Below, in pieces: positions 29,005 through 38,896 of a stretch of DNA of 64,000 nt. The stretch comes from Bdellovibrionales bacterium (GTDB lineage: Bacteria > Bdellovibrionota > Bdellovibrionia > Bdellovibrionales > UBA1609). The notes under the pieces were generated by a model. That model ran no database searches. It had not been told where the DNA came from and was given only the letters and a program-made list of their open reading frames with translations. The DNA is taken from assembly GCA_965199825.1 (NCBI GenBank), contig OZ241329.1, positions 1,920,001 to 1,984,000 on the forward strand, in the 5' to 3' direction. The translations under genes and the position numbers were made by a program. The first letter of the stretch is position 1, and every line of letters begins with the position of its first letter.

Positions 29005-30072
29005 ATGGACACTCATGATCTCACTTCGGTCGAATCGGTATTTATTGTCGTGGCGTTTATCGTCACTGGTTTTTTACTCGCAATATTTTATTATGTGCTT
29101 CGGTTTTATATGCATACCGACGGCACCGAAGTTCAAACTGAACAACCGCCGGCACTCCCAAAAATTGACCCTTTTGAAAAAACCAGAGCCCATCTGTGGG
29201 GTCGGTTAAAAACTATTTTCGATCAGCCACTCGAAAAGCAGCAGGCCTTTGAACAACTCGAAGAGGTTTTGCTCACCAGCGATCTTGGGCCCAAAACGGT
29301 GATGCGTCTGAGTCAAAGTTTGGATCAGGAACTTTCGGGTCAGCAAAAAAAAGATCCAGCTGTAATTCGCGAAGCACTTAAAATTCAGATGCTGCAATTG
29401 CTCGATCAAAACAAAACGAGCACCTCATTAGAACAAACTTTTTTGCAGCTGATTAAAAGTAAGCCAACAGTCATTTTGATTGTGGGAGTCAATGGTGCGG
29501 GTAAAACCACAACAATCGGAAAACTTGCCCAAGGATTTTCTAAGGCACAAAAAACGGTGATGGTTGTGGCCGGCGACACCTTTCGAGCTGCGGCTCAAAG
29601 CCAGCTTCAAGTGTGGGCCGAGAGATCAAATGTTGAGATCTTTTCTCCTCCAAACGTTACCGATCCAGCGGCGGTCGCCTTTCAAGGAGTGACCAAGGCA
29701 ATCGCAAATCAAACCGACGTGGTGATTATCGACACCGCGGGGCGCCTTCATACCCAGAGTCATCTGATGGATGAGCTCAAAAAAGTAAAACGGGTGATCG
29801 CCAAAATTAATTCTACGTTTCCTGATGAGACGGTCTTGGTTCTTGATGCCAACTCTGGTCAAAACGCAATCAAACAGGCCGAGATGTTTGACCAGGCATT
29901 GGGTGTAACAAAAATCATTTTAACCAAACTCGATGGCACCGCCAAAGGCGGAGTGGTGTTTGGCTTAAGCTATGAGCGTAAAATTCCAATCTTGTTTTTG
30001 GGCGTGGGTGAAAAGGGCGATGATCTTAAAGTGTTTGATGCAACAGAATTTGTTGATTCAATTTTAAAATAA
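29005..30072 (+). CDS. ftsY: SRP receptor FtsY with N-terminal TM anchor
   Basis: GVNGAGKTTT, DTFRAAA, DTAGR, TKLDGTAKGG. Confidence 0.95.
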   Translation: MDTHDLTSVESVFIVVAFIVTGFLLAIFYYVLRFYMHTDGTEVQTEQPPALPKIDPFEKTRAHLWGRLKTIFDQPLEKQQAFEQLEEVLLTSDLGPKTVMRLSQSLDQELSGQQKKDPAVIREALKIQMLQLLDQNKTSTSLEQTFLQLIKSKPTVILIVGVNGAGKTTTIGKLAQGFSKAQKTVMVVAGDTFRAAAQSQLQVWAERSNVEIFSPPNVTDPAAVAFQGVTKAIANQTDVVIIDTAGRLHTQSHLMDELKKVKRVIAKINSTFPDETVLVLDANSGQNAIKQAEMFDQALGVTKIILTKLDGTAKGGVVFGLSYERKIPILFLGVGEKGDDLKVFDATEFVDSILK

Positions 30073-30085
30073 ATTGCTATAGACT

Positions 30086-31726
30086 TTGAGTGTGGGGGCA
30101 CATTCTTCTTTTTTTACAATTTTCGGCGGCGTTTGCGTTTTTATTTTTGGACTCTCCATTGCGAGTGACAATCTTCAAAAGCTCGCCTCAAATCGCACTC
30201 GCGAATTGATCAATCGCTTAACCCGTAATCGGTTGAGCAGTTTTCTATTAGGAATCGTTCTCACTGTTTTGATGCAAAGTTCGGCGGCGGTCACAAGTTT
30301 GTTTGTGGGCTTGGGCACGGCAGGTGTGGTCATTCTCGAGCAAGTCATTCCGATTATCTTAGGCGCAACAGTAGGAACAACACTGACCGTTCAACTTTTA
30401 AGTTTGAATGTGGCGCAATATGGTTTGCCCTTATTTGCTGCCTCTTTTCCGATTTATTTTTTGAGTACTCGTCGAGCCTTAAGACAGGTGATGAGTGTGA
30501 TGATGGGTTTTGGTTTGGTGTTTTGGGGGCTTGAGATGATTGCCCTTTCTACCGATCACCTCAGAGATCACGAGCTATTTTTAAATGCGATCGGCATGCT
30601 CAAAGAAAGTCCACTGGTCACAGTGGCATTGACCGCATTTTTAACCGCACTTTTAAATAGCAGCTCGGCCACAATTGGATTCGCGATGACTCTCGCAGGA
30701 ACGGGTGTGATCACCGGACTTGATGCGGCTTATTGGGTGCTCGGAGCAAACATCGGAACAACCGCAACCGCATTGATCGCGGCAACCGGTTCGAATTCCT
30801 TAGGACGGCAAATTGCTTGGGCCCATTGCTTTTACAAAATAGGGGCAGCCATTTTATTTTTTCCCTTTGCTCCTTATCTTACCGAATTATTTCAAGCAGG
30901 GGGTCCGGCACGAGCGGTCGCAAACTTTCACACCGCTCTGAATGTTATCGCGGCTTTGCTATTTTTCCCGTTCACCAATTACGGTGCGCGTTTTGTGCGA
31001 TTTCTTTTGCCTCAGTTGGCGTTTGAAAAAGAATTTTCGGTGGCTTATTTGCGCACAGGCGAATGGGATTCGCCTTCGGTGGCGTTAGCTCAGGCTGAAC
31101 GTGAAGCATTAAGAATGGCCGATATTGTTTTGACGATGCTTCGCGATGCGCTCGATTTATTTCGTAATGAAAATGTTGAACTCGAAACCAGTATTCGTGA
31201 GCGCGATGACCGGGTGGATTTGCTCAATCGAGAAATCGCACTCTTTATCACCGAACATATGGAAGGGGCCTCAGGCGAGCCGCTCCGAAATATGATGACG
31301 ATATTAAATTTTGCTGCCGATCTTGAAAGTGCTGCAGACGTGATCGACAACAATTTTTTAGACCTCTCACGAAAAAAACACGCACTGAAAGTCGATTTTA
31401 GTCAGCAAGGTTGGAAAGAATTGGTCGAACTCAACCATGCGGTGATTCATGTGGCTCAACTCTCGATCAGTTGTTTTCAAAGACATGACAAAGACATTGC
31501 CTCTCAAGTTGTTTTTCACAAACGCAACATTCGCAAACTCGAAAAGAGACTGAGAGAATCCCACATTGATCGGCTTGTTCACAGACAAGCAGACACACTC
31601 AACACGACTTCAATCCATATTGATTTACTCGGTGAGTACCGGCGTTTTGTCGGGCTTTTGGCAAATCATTGCTACTCTTATCTCAAAGAGACCGATGGCT
31701 ATCATGTTTTGCCGCGCAGGGAGTAA
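30086..31726 (+). CDS. Na/Pi cotransporter family protein with PhoU domains
   Basis: QSSAA and NSSSAT repeats, GATVGTT/GANIGTT, C-terminal PhoU-like helices. Confidence 0.9.
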   Translation: MSVGAHSSFFTIFGGVCVFIFGLSIASDNLQKLASNRTRELINRLTRNRLSSFLLGIVLTVLMQSSAAVTSLFVGLGTAGVVILEQVIPIILGATVGTTLTVQLLSLNVAQYGLPLFAASFPIYFLSTRRALRQVMSVMMGFGLVFWGLEMIALSTDHLRDHELFLNAIGMLKESPLVTVALTAFLTALLNSSSATIGFAMTLAGTGVITGLDAAYWVLGANIGTTATALIAATGSNSLGRQIAWAHCFYKIGAAILFFPFAPYLTELFQAGGPARAVANFHTALNVIAALLFFPFTNYGARFVRFLLPQLAFEKEFSVAYLRTGEWDSPSVALAQAEREALRMADIVLTMLRDALDLFRNENVELETSIRERDDRVDLLNREIALFITEHMEGASGEPLRNMMTILNFAADLESAADVIDNNFLDLSRKKHALKVDFSQQGWKELVELNHAVIHVAQLSISCFQRHDKDIASQVVFHKRNIRKLEKRLRESHIDRLVHRQADTLNTTSIHIDLLGEYRRFVGLLANHCYSYLKETDGYHVLPRRE

Positions 31727-31801
31727 AAAACCGTTTCTATCTGATGGGGTTTTTAGGTAAGTTAACTTTTTAGCGGAAACTCCAGATATCAGAAAGATTT
31801 T

Positions 31802-32119
31802 ATGCCGCCCGACATCTTACAAAATAAAACGACTTACGAGGTCCAGATTGCGGGATTGCCTCTGAAGTTGCGTTCATCGCATGATGCGCAAACCGTCAGA
31901 GAGCTTGTAAGTATTGTCGATGGCAAAGTTAAAGAAGTTTTGGATACAAATTCTCATATTTCCTTTCAGAAAGCCGTATTGCTCGTCACACTTCATTTTG
32001 CCGAAGAAGGCATGTTGCTTAAAAAAGCCCTGGGAAGTGAACTCAATCATCTGGAAGCAAAAGCCAAAGATCTTCTTTCCGATCTGGAGTCCGTGCCGCG
32101 CTTTAATGCGCAGAACTAG
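31802..32119 (+). CDS. zapA: Cell division protein ZapA
   Basis: VQIAGLPLKL...VDGKV...AVL pattern; position upstream of ygfA and rny. Confidence 0.8.
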   Translation: MPPDILQNKTTYEVQIAGLPLKLRSSHDAQTVRELVSIVDGKVKEVLDTNSHISFQKAVLLVTLHFAEEGMLLKKALGSELNHLEAKAKDLLSDLESVPRFNAQN

Positions 32120-32133
32120 TTTTAAGGACTCTC

Positions 32134-32673
32134 ATGCCGTCAAAGGCCGACATTCGAAATGAACTCAAAACTCAAACGCGTACGCTCGAGGCTCACGCCA
32201 AGGTGTGCGATTTTTTGGTCGAAACTTTAAAAAATTTTAAAGTCGTTGGCTCTTATCAAGCCCTCAAATCCGAAATTGATTTGTCGGCACTTCATCAAAA
32301 ACTTCCGTCACTTCAAATTGTTTACCCAAAAATTTTAGAACAAGCGCTAAGCTTTTTTTTAGCCCAAGAGTTTGAAGTGAACACTCACAAAATTCGTGAG
32401 CCTTCAAACGGCAAGCCTGTTTCCCTCACCGAAATCGATGCGCTCCTAATTCCTGGCCGGGCATTCGATCGGCGAGGCTTTCGATTGGGTTGGGGCAAGG
32501 GCTATTATGATCGAACATTAAAGAACTATTCTGGACTTAAAATTGGAATTGGCGAAAGCAACCAACTGCTCGAGTCGCTTCCATTTGAAGACCATGATGT
32601 TCCTATGGATCTCCTCGTTACCGAAAAATTTGTGCTTCGACCTCTTGTGAAGCGAAAGGAAAAGTATGTTTGA
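32134..32673 (+). CDS. ygfA: 5-formyltetrahydrofolate cyclo-ligase
   Basis: IPGRAFDRRGFRLGWGKGYYDR, EDHDVPMD. Confidence 0.92.
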   Translation: MPSKADIRNELKTQTRTLEAHAKVCDFLVETLKNFKVVGSYQALKSEIDLSALHQKLPSLQIVYPKILEQALSFFLAQEFEVNTHKIREPSNGKPVSLTEIDALLIPGRAFDRRGFRLGWGKGYYDRTLKNYSGLKIGIGESNQLLESLPFEDHDVPMDLLVTEKFVLRPLVKRKEKYV

Positions 32674-34243
32674 TCTTATCTTATCTGGAATTTGTTTAAT
32701 CGTCGGTCTGTTGTTGGGTGGAGGTGTGTTTGCCTTTTACCGAAAAATGATGGACCAAAAAAATCGCACCTCTGCGGCTCTTGAGGCTGAACGCATCATC
32801 AACAAGGCAAAAAGTCAGGCGACAAAAATAGAACGCGACACCCAAGCGCGATCAAAGGATTTTGAAAATCGGGCTCGGCGAAATGTGGAGGCCGAAATTA
32901 AAAGAGATCGCCAAAAAATTCAAAATACCGAAACGGGTTTAAAAGATCGTGAGCAAAAATTAGATCGAGAATATCGGCGCAAAGAAGAGCAGCTTGAGAA
33001 TCGAATCCGCGAAACCCAAGAGCATAGCGAAAAATTAAAAATTTCTGAAAGTCGCATCAAGGATCTTGAAGATAAAACACTTCAGCAAACTCAAGAGGTG
33101 GCAAGAAAGCTCGAATCGGTCTCAAGTCTGACTGCGACCCAAGCCAAGCAAGAACTGATGTCAATGCTTGAAGATGACGTCAGAAAAGAATCGGTGGGTC
33201 GATTAAATCAAATCGAACAAGAAGCTCGAAGTGAAGCCGATAAAAAAGCCCGAAGAATCTTGGCGATGAGTATTGCTCGTTATGCTTCCGAGGTTGCAAG
33301 TGAGAGAACGGTGGCATCGATTCCTCTTTCAAGTGATGAGATGAAAGGCAAAATAATTGGGCGCGAAGGGCGAAACATTCGAGCCCTCGAGGCCGCATGT
33401 GGAGTGGATCTCATCATTGATGAATCTCCAGAAGCGGTTGTGATCTCTAGTTTTGATCCGGTACGAAGAGAGGTTGCAAAAAAATCTTTGGAGCGTTTGA
33501 TGGATGATGGGCGTGTTCATCCTGCACGGATCGAAGAGGTTGTTGAAAAAGTAAAATCAGAATTGATTTCAAGCATGAAAGAAGATGGCGAAAAAGCCTG
33601 TTTTGATTTGCAAGTCCACGGGGTCAATCCGGCAATTATTAATCTCTTAGGTCAATTAAAGTATCGCCAGTCCGACACCCAAAATGTTTTGCAACATTCC
33701 ATCGAAGTCGGAACCTTTGCTGGACTCATGGCCGCAGAAATTGGTTTTGATGTGAAGCTCGCTCGGCGTGCGGGCCTTCTTCATGATATTGGCAAAGCGA
33801 TTGATCACAATACCGAAGGTGGTCACGCGGTGATCGGCGCAGAATTTGCTCGAAAGCATGGTGAAAAAGAAGCGGTGGTTCATGCGATTAAAGCCCACCA
33901 TGATGATGAAAAAGCCGACACGGTTTTGGATCATCTTGTTCAAGCCGCAAATAATTTATCAAAAGCCCGACCTGGAGCCCGTCGCAATATGATGGAGACT
34001 TATATCCGTCGGCTCGAAGATTTAGAAAGTGTAGCCAATAGTTTTGATGGCGTTGCACGGAGTTTTGCAATTCAATCTGGAAAAGAAATTCGGGTGCTTG
34101 TTGATAGTGGCCGCGTGACCGATGAACAATCCCAAATGCTCAGTCGCGATATTGCACGAAAAATTGAAAGAGAACTCAATTACCCAGGACAAATCAAGGT
34201 CACGGTTGTGCGCGAGACCCGACTTGTTGAGCATGCGCGATGA
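32666..34243 (+). CDS. rny: Ribonuclease Y
   Basis: N-terminal TM, coiled coil, KH domain ([13 protein letters not shown]), HD domain (LHDIGK), [12 protein letters not shown]. Confidence 0.95.
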   Translation: MFDLILSGICLIVGLLLGGGVFAFYRKMMDQKNRTSAALEAERIINKAKSQATKIERDTQARSKDFENRARRNVEAEIKRDRQKIQNTETGLKDREQKLDREYRRKEEQLENRIRETQEHSEKLKISESRIKDLEDKTLQQTQEVARKLESVSSLTATQAKQELMSMLEDDVRKESVGRLNQIEQEARSEADKKARRILAMSIARYASEVASERTVASIPLSSDEMKGKIIGREGRNIRALEAACGVDLIIDESPEAVVISSFDPVRREVAKKSLERLMDDGRVHPARIEEVVEKVKSELISSMKEDGEKACFDLQVHGVNPAIINLLGQLKYRQSDTQNVLQHSIEVGTFAGLMAAEIGFDVKLARRAGLLHDIGKAIDHNTEGGHAVIGAEFARKHGEKEAVVHAIKAHHDDEKADTVLDHLVQAANNLSKARPGARRNMMETYIRRLEDLESVANSFDGVARSFAIQSGKEIRVLVDSGRVTDEQSQMLSRDIARKIERELNYPGQIKVTVVRETRLVEHAR

Positions 34244-35445
34244 TGACTGCCGAAGATCAGATTAAGGAATTAAAAAAGGGCGCAGTCGACATCATCTCGG
34301 AGCGAGAGCTGTTAGAAAAAATTAAAAAAGGTAAACCCTTACGTGTGAAAGCCGGTTTTGATCCCTCACGCCCAGATTTGCATTTGGGTCACACGGTTCT
34401 CTTAAACAAAATGAAGTTGTTCCAAGATTTGGGCCATCACGTCATTTTTTTGATTGGTGATTTTACCGGTCTGATTGGTGATCCCTCAGGACGCAACGAA
34501 ACCAGGCCAGCTCTGACTCAAGAAGAGCTCGAGTCCAATGCCGAAACCTATGCGCGACAAGTCTACAAAGTCCTTGATCGATCAAAAACCGAAATTGCCT
34601 ACAACTCCACTTGGATGAAAAAGTTTTCGGCTGCCGATTTTGTTAAACTCTCCAGCCACTACACGGTTGCAAGAATGCTTGAGCGTGATGATTTTGAAAA
34701 AAGATTCTCAACCCAAAAACCGATCGCCATCCACGAATTTTTGTATCCTCTCGTTCAGGGCTACGACTCTGTCGCATTAAAAAGCGATGTGGAACTTGGT
34801 GGAACCGATCAAAAATTTAATTTGCTTGTTGGTCGCGATATGCAAAAAGCCTATGGCCAACCTCCTCAATGTGTTTTGACAGTTCCTTTGCTCGAGGGAC
34901 TCGACGGCGTGCAAAAAATGTCGAAGAGTTTTGATAATTATATCGCGGTCGAAGATTCCCCGCGCGAGATGTTTGGCAAAACCATGCGGGTTTCTGATGA
35001 GCTGATGCTTCGCTACTACGAACTCCTCACCGATTTTTCGGTAGATCAATTAGCCCAACTCAAAAACGATTTGCAGCACGGAAAAAAACATCCTCGCACC
35101 GTCAAGGTTGAGCTTGCCCAATTTTTGGTGACTCGCTTTCACGATGCAGCAGCTGCAACAAATGCTCTTGAAGAATTTGAGCGGATGTTTAAACAAAAAG
35201 GCTTGCCTGATCAGGTTGATGAACACTCTGTATCTCCTCAGCAAGATCTTCTTTTGTATCAATTGATGACCAAAGTTGGACTTTCCGAATCTAACGGCAG
35301 TGCGAAGCGATTAATTGAGGGCGGCGGTGTTGAGCTCCGCAGCCAAAAAATTAAAGATGTAAATTTCAAATTCAATCTTGAATTAGGTGATGAATTTATC
35401 ATTCGGGCGGGCAAGAAAAAATTTGCGCGTATAAAGGTGCTTTGA
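34240..35445 (+). CDS. tyrS: Tyrosine--tRNA ligase
   Basis: [29 protein letters not shown]-terminal S4-like domain. Confidence 0.97.
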   Translation: MMTAEDQIKELKKGAVDIISERELLEKIKKGKPLRVKAGFDPSRPDLHLGHTVLLNKMKLFQDLGHHVIFLIGDFTGLIGDPSGRNETRPALTQEELESNAETYARQVYKVLDRSKTEIAYNSTWMKKFSAADFVKLSSHYTVARMLERDDFEKRFSTQKPIAIHEFLYPLVQGYDSVALKSDVELGGTDQKFNLLVGRDMQKAYGQPPQCVLTVPLLEGLDGVQKMSKSFDNYIAVEDSPREMFGKTMRVSDELMLRYYELLTDFSVDQLAQLKNDLQHGKKHPRTVKVELAQFLVTRFHDAAAATNALEEFERMFKQKGLPDQVDEHSVSPQQDLLLYQLMTKVGLSESNGSAKRLIEGGGVELRSQKIKDVNFKFNLELGDEFIIRAGKKKFARIKVL

Positions 35446-35447
35446 AT

Positions 35448-35909
35448 ATGAAAGTTAAATTTTTGCCCCATAATATTGAACTTGAGATCAAACCCAACCA
35501 AACAGTTTTGCAGTTGGCTAACGAAAACAATATCGCGATCAAATCGGTGTGCAACGGAATGCCGTCGTGTGCTGAGTGTCGGGTGCGATTGGTCGAGGGC
35601 GAATCCAACGTCACGCCTCCGGGTGTAAAAGAACTGTCACTGATTGGTTCGGGCTATTTTATCGATCAGCGTAGGCTTTCATGTCAGCTGCTCTGCTTTG
35701 GCGACATCACTCTTGATCTTACGGAACAAGTGGAGCGAGCCAAAGGATCAACAAGTGCACGCAAATTTTTAGCTAAACAAAAAGATGTAGTTGTAGAGAG
35801 TCATGCGGTGAGTGGGAATTTGATCGAACAGGATGAGCAATTTAAAGATCAACCAGAAGGTAAGCCGCAAAAGAATTCACGGCCACCTCATAACAAACGA
35901 CGACGATAG
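35448..35909 (+). CDS. 2Fe-2S ferredoxin-like protein
   Basis: CNGMPSCAEC ... RLSCQ. Confidence 0.85.
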   Translation: MKVKFLPHNIELEIKPNQTVLQLANENNIAIKSVCNGMPSCAECRVRLVEGESNVTPPGVKELSLIGSGYFIDQRRLSCQLLCFGDITLDLTEQVERAKGSTSARKFLAKQKDVVVESHAVSGNLIEQDEQFKDQPEGKPQKNSRPPHNKRRR

Positions 35910-35910
35910 A

Positions 35911-36189
35911 TTATCGGCGTGCCGCAAGTTCTTTGCGAAGAGTGGTCTCTTGTTCTTTAACAATAAGGTTTACAATTTCATCCACTTGGATTTTGTAGAG
36001 TTTTACAAAAGTCTTGAGGTTTTTCATTGGGGGCGCACAGAGGCCTCGTTCAAAATTCGAAATGAATTGTGGAGTTGAGTAACCCAGTCTTTGTGCAATA
36101 TCTGATTGAGTGAAGCCTGCTTTTTCGCGTTTATCACGGAGGTAGGCACCGAGATGGTGGTGTAGGCTTTGTTTTCCAACGAACTTCAT
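35911..36189 (-). CDS. XRE-family HTH transcriptional regulator
   Basis: REKAGFTQSDIAQRLGYSTPQFISNFERG. Confidence 0.85.
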   Translation of the reverse strand: MKFVGKQSLHHHLGAYLRDKREKAGFTQSDIAQRLGYSTPQFISNFERGLCAPPMKNLKTFVKLYKIQVDEIVNLIVKEQETTLRKELAARR

Positions 36190-36302
36190 GTTGCTCCTTT
36201 TAAATTATCTGTGAAAGAAAAGAATTTTTTTTCAGCTACTAATTAACTACGATCGATGATGAAAGCAAACTTTAAGATTAATTTTTCTCATATGGAGTTT
36301 TC

Positions 36303-36803
36303 GTGACATCGACCAAATCAGTTTATCTACTCATCGCGTTTATCACCAGTTTGAGTTGTCATGCGAACAATTCCTTAAACTGGGACTTGGGCGCAGCAAC
36401 CGGACATTTCAAAACTTCAAAATTGCAGTCAAACGACGTGTTCTACTCAGAAGCCCAGCTGGGCGTGAACTACATGCTTTCTGATTTGTTTACTTTGAGG
36501 GGTTTAGGATTTATCCGATTTCCTAATCAGGGATCAGTCTCTGAGGGAATAGATTTGAGTGGACGCATCTCTGGCATTGCAGATTTGAATGAAAAGACTT
36601 CTGTCTCTGCTTTTGCGGGCCCAGGATTTCGTTTAGTCACCAAAGGAGGCAACGTTCCATTTTTAGAAACAGGTTTGATCTTTCGATTTTCGAAAATTTC
36701 TATCGGTGGCGGGCTTAAAGTATTTTTACATAGTCTCGTCGGTGATCATCAAGCTTCTGATCTTCAATATAATCTTTTACTTTCAGGCCAAGGACATTTT
36801 TAA
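36303..36803 (+). CDS. Hypothetical outer-membrane beta-barrel protein
   Basis: Signal peptide, alternating strands, terminal Phe. Confidence 0.6.
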   Translation: MTSTKSVYLLIAFITSLSCHANNSLNWDLGAATGHFKTSKLQSNDVFYSEAQLGVNYMLSDLFTLRGLGFIRFPNQGSVSEGIDLSGRISGIADLNEKTSVSAFAGPGFRLVTKGGNVPFLETGLIFRFSKISIGGGLKVFLHSLVGDHQASDLQYNLLLSGQGHF

Positions 36804-36805
36804 AA

Positions 36806-37372
36806 ATGAAATGGATTATCTGCGGAACAAATCGGGCTCAAAGTAACACCATGAAAATTGCAAAAATTGTTCAAGATCTTTATCAGATTGAGAATGAAGA
36901 AGTGGGAATTATTGATCTTGGTCAATTGGAATTAGAAAAAATGGCGGATGCGCCGTACTCAGATCGGCATCCCCAAAAACTGGCCGACGCGGTCAAAAAA
37001 ATTAATGAGGCAGATGGAATTATTGTTGTGGTTCCTGAGTACAACGGGTCAATGCCTGGAATATTAAAATATTTTATTGATCACTGGAAATATCCCCAGA
37101 GTTTTGAGGCGCGTCCTGTTGCTTTGATCGGAATCGGAGGTCGCTTTGGCGGAGTCAGACCCGTTGAACATTTGCAGCAGGTTTTCGGATTTAGAAATTC
37201 CTATGTCTTTCCTGAACGCGTGTTTATTTCAAACGTGTGGTCGGTCATAAAGGATGATAAGATCAGTGATCAATCCATTTTGGATTTGATGAGTCGCCAG
37301 GTGCGCAATTTTCAAAAATTTGTAACGGCCTTACAGTCACAAAGTTTAGACGCAAATTCGCTAAAGGCTTAA
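36806..37372 (+). CDS. NADPH-dependent FMN reductase
   Basis: GTNR..SNT, PEYNGSMPGILKYFID, GGVR. Confidence 0.9.
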   Translation: MKWIICGTNRAQSNTMKIAKIVQDLYQIENEEVGIIDLGQLELEKMADAPYSDRHPQKLADAVKKINEADGIIVVVPEYNGSMPGILKYFIDHWKYPQSFEARPVALIGIGGRFGGVRPVEHLQQVFGFRNSYVFPERVFISNVWSVIKDDKISDQSILDLMSRQVRNFQKFVTALQSQSLDANSLKA

Positions 37373-37385
37373 TCAAAGGATCTCT

Positions 37386-38075
37386 ATGTATGTATTGGGT
37401 TTAGATTTTGAGACCACCGGTGTTAATCCAAAGAGTGATCACATTATCGAAGTGGGCGCGGTGGTCTGGGATGTTGAAAAGAAAAAACCCAAAGCCATAC
37501 TCAGTGAGTTGGTTGCTGTTGAGGGTTCCATTCCAGAACAGATCGTGAAAATCACGGGCATCGAAGACGACGATATTAAAAATTGGGGCGAGAATATTCA
37601 TGATGTGCTGTTGCGATTAAAAAAATTGTCACACTCTTGTGATTACGTGGTGGCCCATAATGGGTTGCAATTTGATCAGCAATTTCACACCCGCTACAGT
37701 GATCAAAATCCAATGTGGGTGATCGATAAACCTTGGATCGATACAATGACCGATCTTCCTTATCCTCATCATGTGGTCACTCGAAAATTAAATTTTTTGG
37801 CGGCTGAGCATGGTTTTTTAAATCCATTTTCACATCGCGCGGTTTTTGATGTGCTTACCATGATGCGAGTTTTTTCAACTTATCCGTTTGAGGCCATCTT
37901 ACAAAACATCGAATCCCCCTTGGTTAAGATCAAAGCCAAGGTGAGCTTTGAGGAAAAATCAAAAGCCAAAGATTTGGGTTTTCGTTGGGATCCCCAAAAT
38001 CGTTATTGGTATATGGAACTCCGGCAACGGGCGTGGCAGGAGCGTGAATTTCCATTCGAGACCGCGCTGATATGA
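37386..38075 (+). CDS. DEDDh 3'-5' exonuclease (DnaQ-like) with short C-terminal domain
   Basis: LDFETTG, VAHNGLQFD, HRAVFDV; C-terminal AKDLGFRWDP..RYWY. Confidence 0.88.
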   Translation: MYVLGLDFETTGVNPKSDHIIEVGAVVWDVEKKKPKAILSELVAVEGSIPEQIVKITGIEDDDIKNWGENIHDVLLRLKKLSHSCDYVVAHNGLQFDQQFHTRYSDQNPMWVIDKPWIDTMTDLPYPHHVVTRKLNFLAAEHGFLNPFSHRAVFDVLTMMRVFSTYPFEAILQNIESPLVKIKAKVSFEEKSKAKDLGFRWDPQNRYWYMELRQRAWQEREFPFETALI

Positions 38076-38488
38076 AGCGAAAAATTGGGGTGGCCGCAGC
38101 AGCTTTGGTGGACTCCTCAAAGCGGGTTTTAATTGCTGAGCGCGCGCTGCACGAAAATTATGGTGGGGTTTGGGAATTCCCTGGGGGCAAGATTGAATCC
38201 GGCGAATCTGCATTCCAAGCACTCAAACGCGAAATGCTCGAAGAGCTCGGAATCCAAATTACCAAGGGGTTTTCCCTAGGACAAATCGAACACGAGTATG
38301 AAAACATCATTGTGGATCTCGAGGTCTTTGTGGTGCCTTTTCAGCCGCAGGTTTTACATTTGGTCGATCATTCGGCTGTAGAATGGGTTTTATTTTCGGA
38401 CCTTGAGGCCGAAAAACTGGCCGTGGCCGATCGGCCTTTTGTCGGTCTGATCAAATCATTTTTGCAACAACCACTTGATTTTGGGTAA
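38072..38488 (+). CDS. mutT: MutT/NUDIX hydrolase
   Basis: WEFPGGKIESGES..QALKREMLEELG Nudix box. Confidence 0.85.
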   Translation: MKRKIGVAAAALVDSSKRVLIAERALHENYGGVWEFPGGKIESGESAFQALKREMLEELGIQITKGFSLGQIEHEYENIIVDLEVFVVPFQPQVLHLVDHSAVEWVLFSDLEAEKLAVADRPFVGLIKSFLQQPLDFG

Positions 38489-38538
38489 ACCTATCGTCTA
38501 AACCATAAGGATCTTAACTTTCAGGAGCAAAGACATTC

Positions 38539-38844
38539 ATGGCTAAAAAGAGCTCTGTCCTCAAAAATAATTATCGCCGCGAACTCTCCGGGCGCTATCA
38601 TAAATACCGAACCGAACTGCGTGAAAAAGCGGTCAATATGAAATTGTCTGACGAAGATCGTTTTGAGGCCCAAATGAAGCTTCAAAAACTTCCACGCGAC
38701 ACCAACTCAAATCGAGTTATAAACCGTTGTTATTTATCAGGTCGACCTCGCGGCAACTTGCGTAAATTTGGATTGTCGCGGATCGCATTTCGCGCTCTCG
38801 CTCATGCTGGGAAAATTCCTGGAGTGACCAAGTCGAGCTGGTAA
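38539..38844 (+). CDS. rpsN: 30S ribosomal protein S14 (101-aa, zinc-independent form)
   Basis: MAKKS...LQKLPRD...[11 protein letters not shown]...[11 protein letters not shown]. Confidence 0.97.
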   Translation: MAKKSSVLKNNYRRELSGRYHKYRTELREKAVNMKLSDEDRFEAQMKLQKLPRDTNSNRVINRCYLSGRPRGNLRKFGLSRIAFRALAHAGKIPGVTKSSW

Positions 38845-38896
38845 ATTGATTTGACTCTTTTTTAAGATCCCCCAAGCTTTAGAGTAGGGGGACTTA

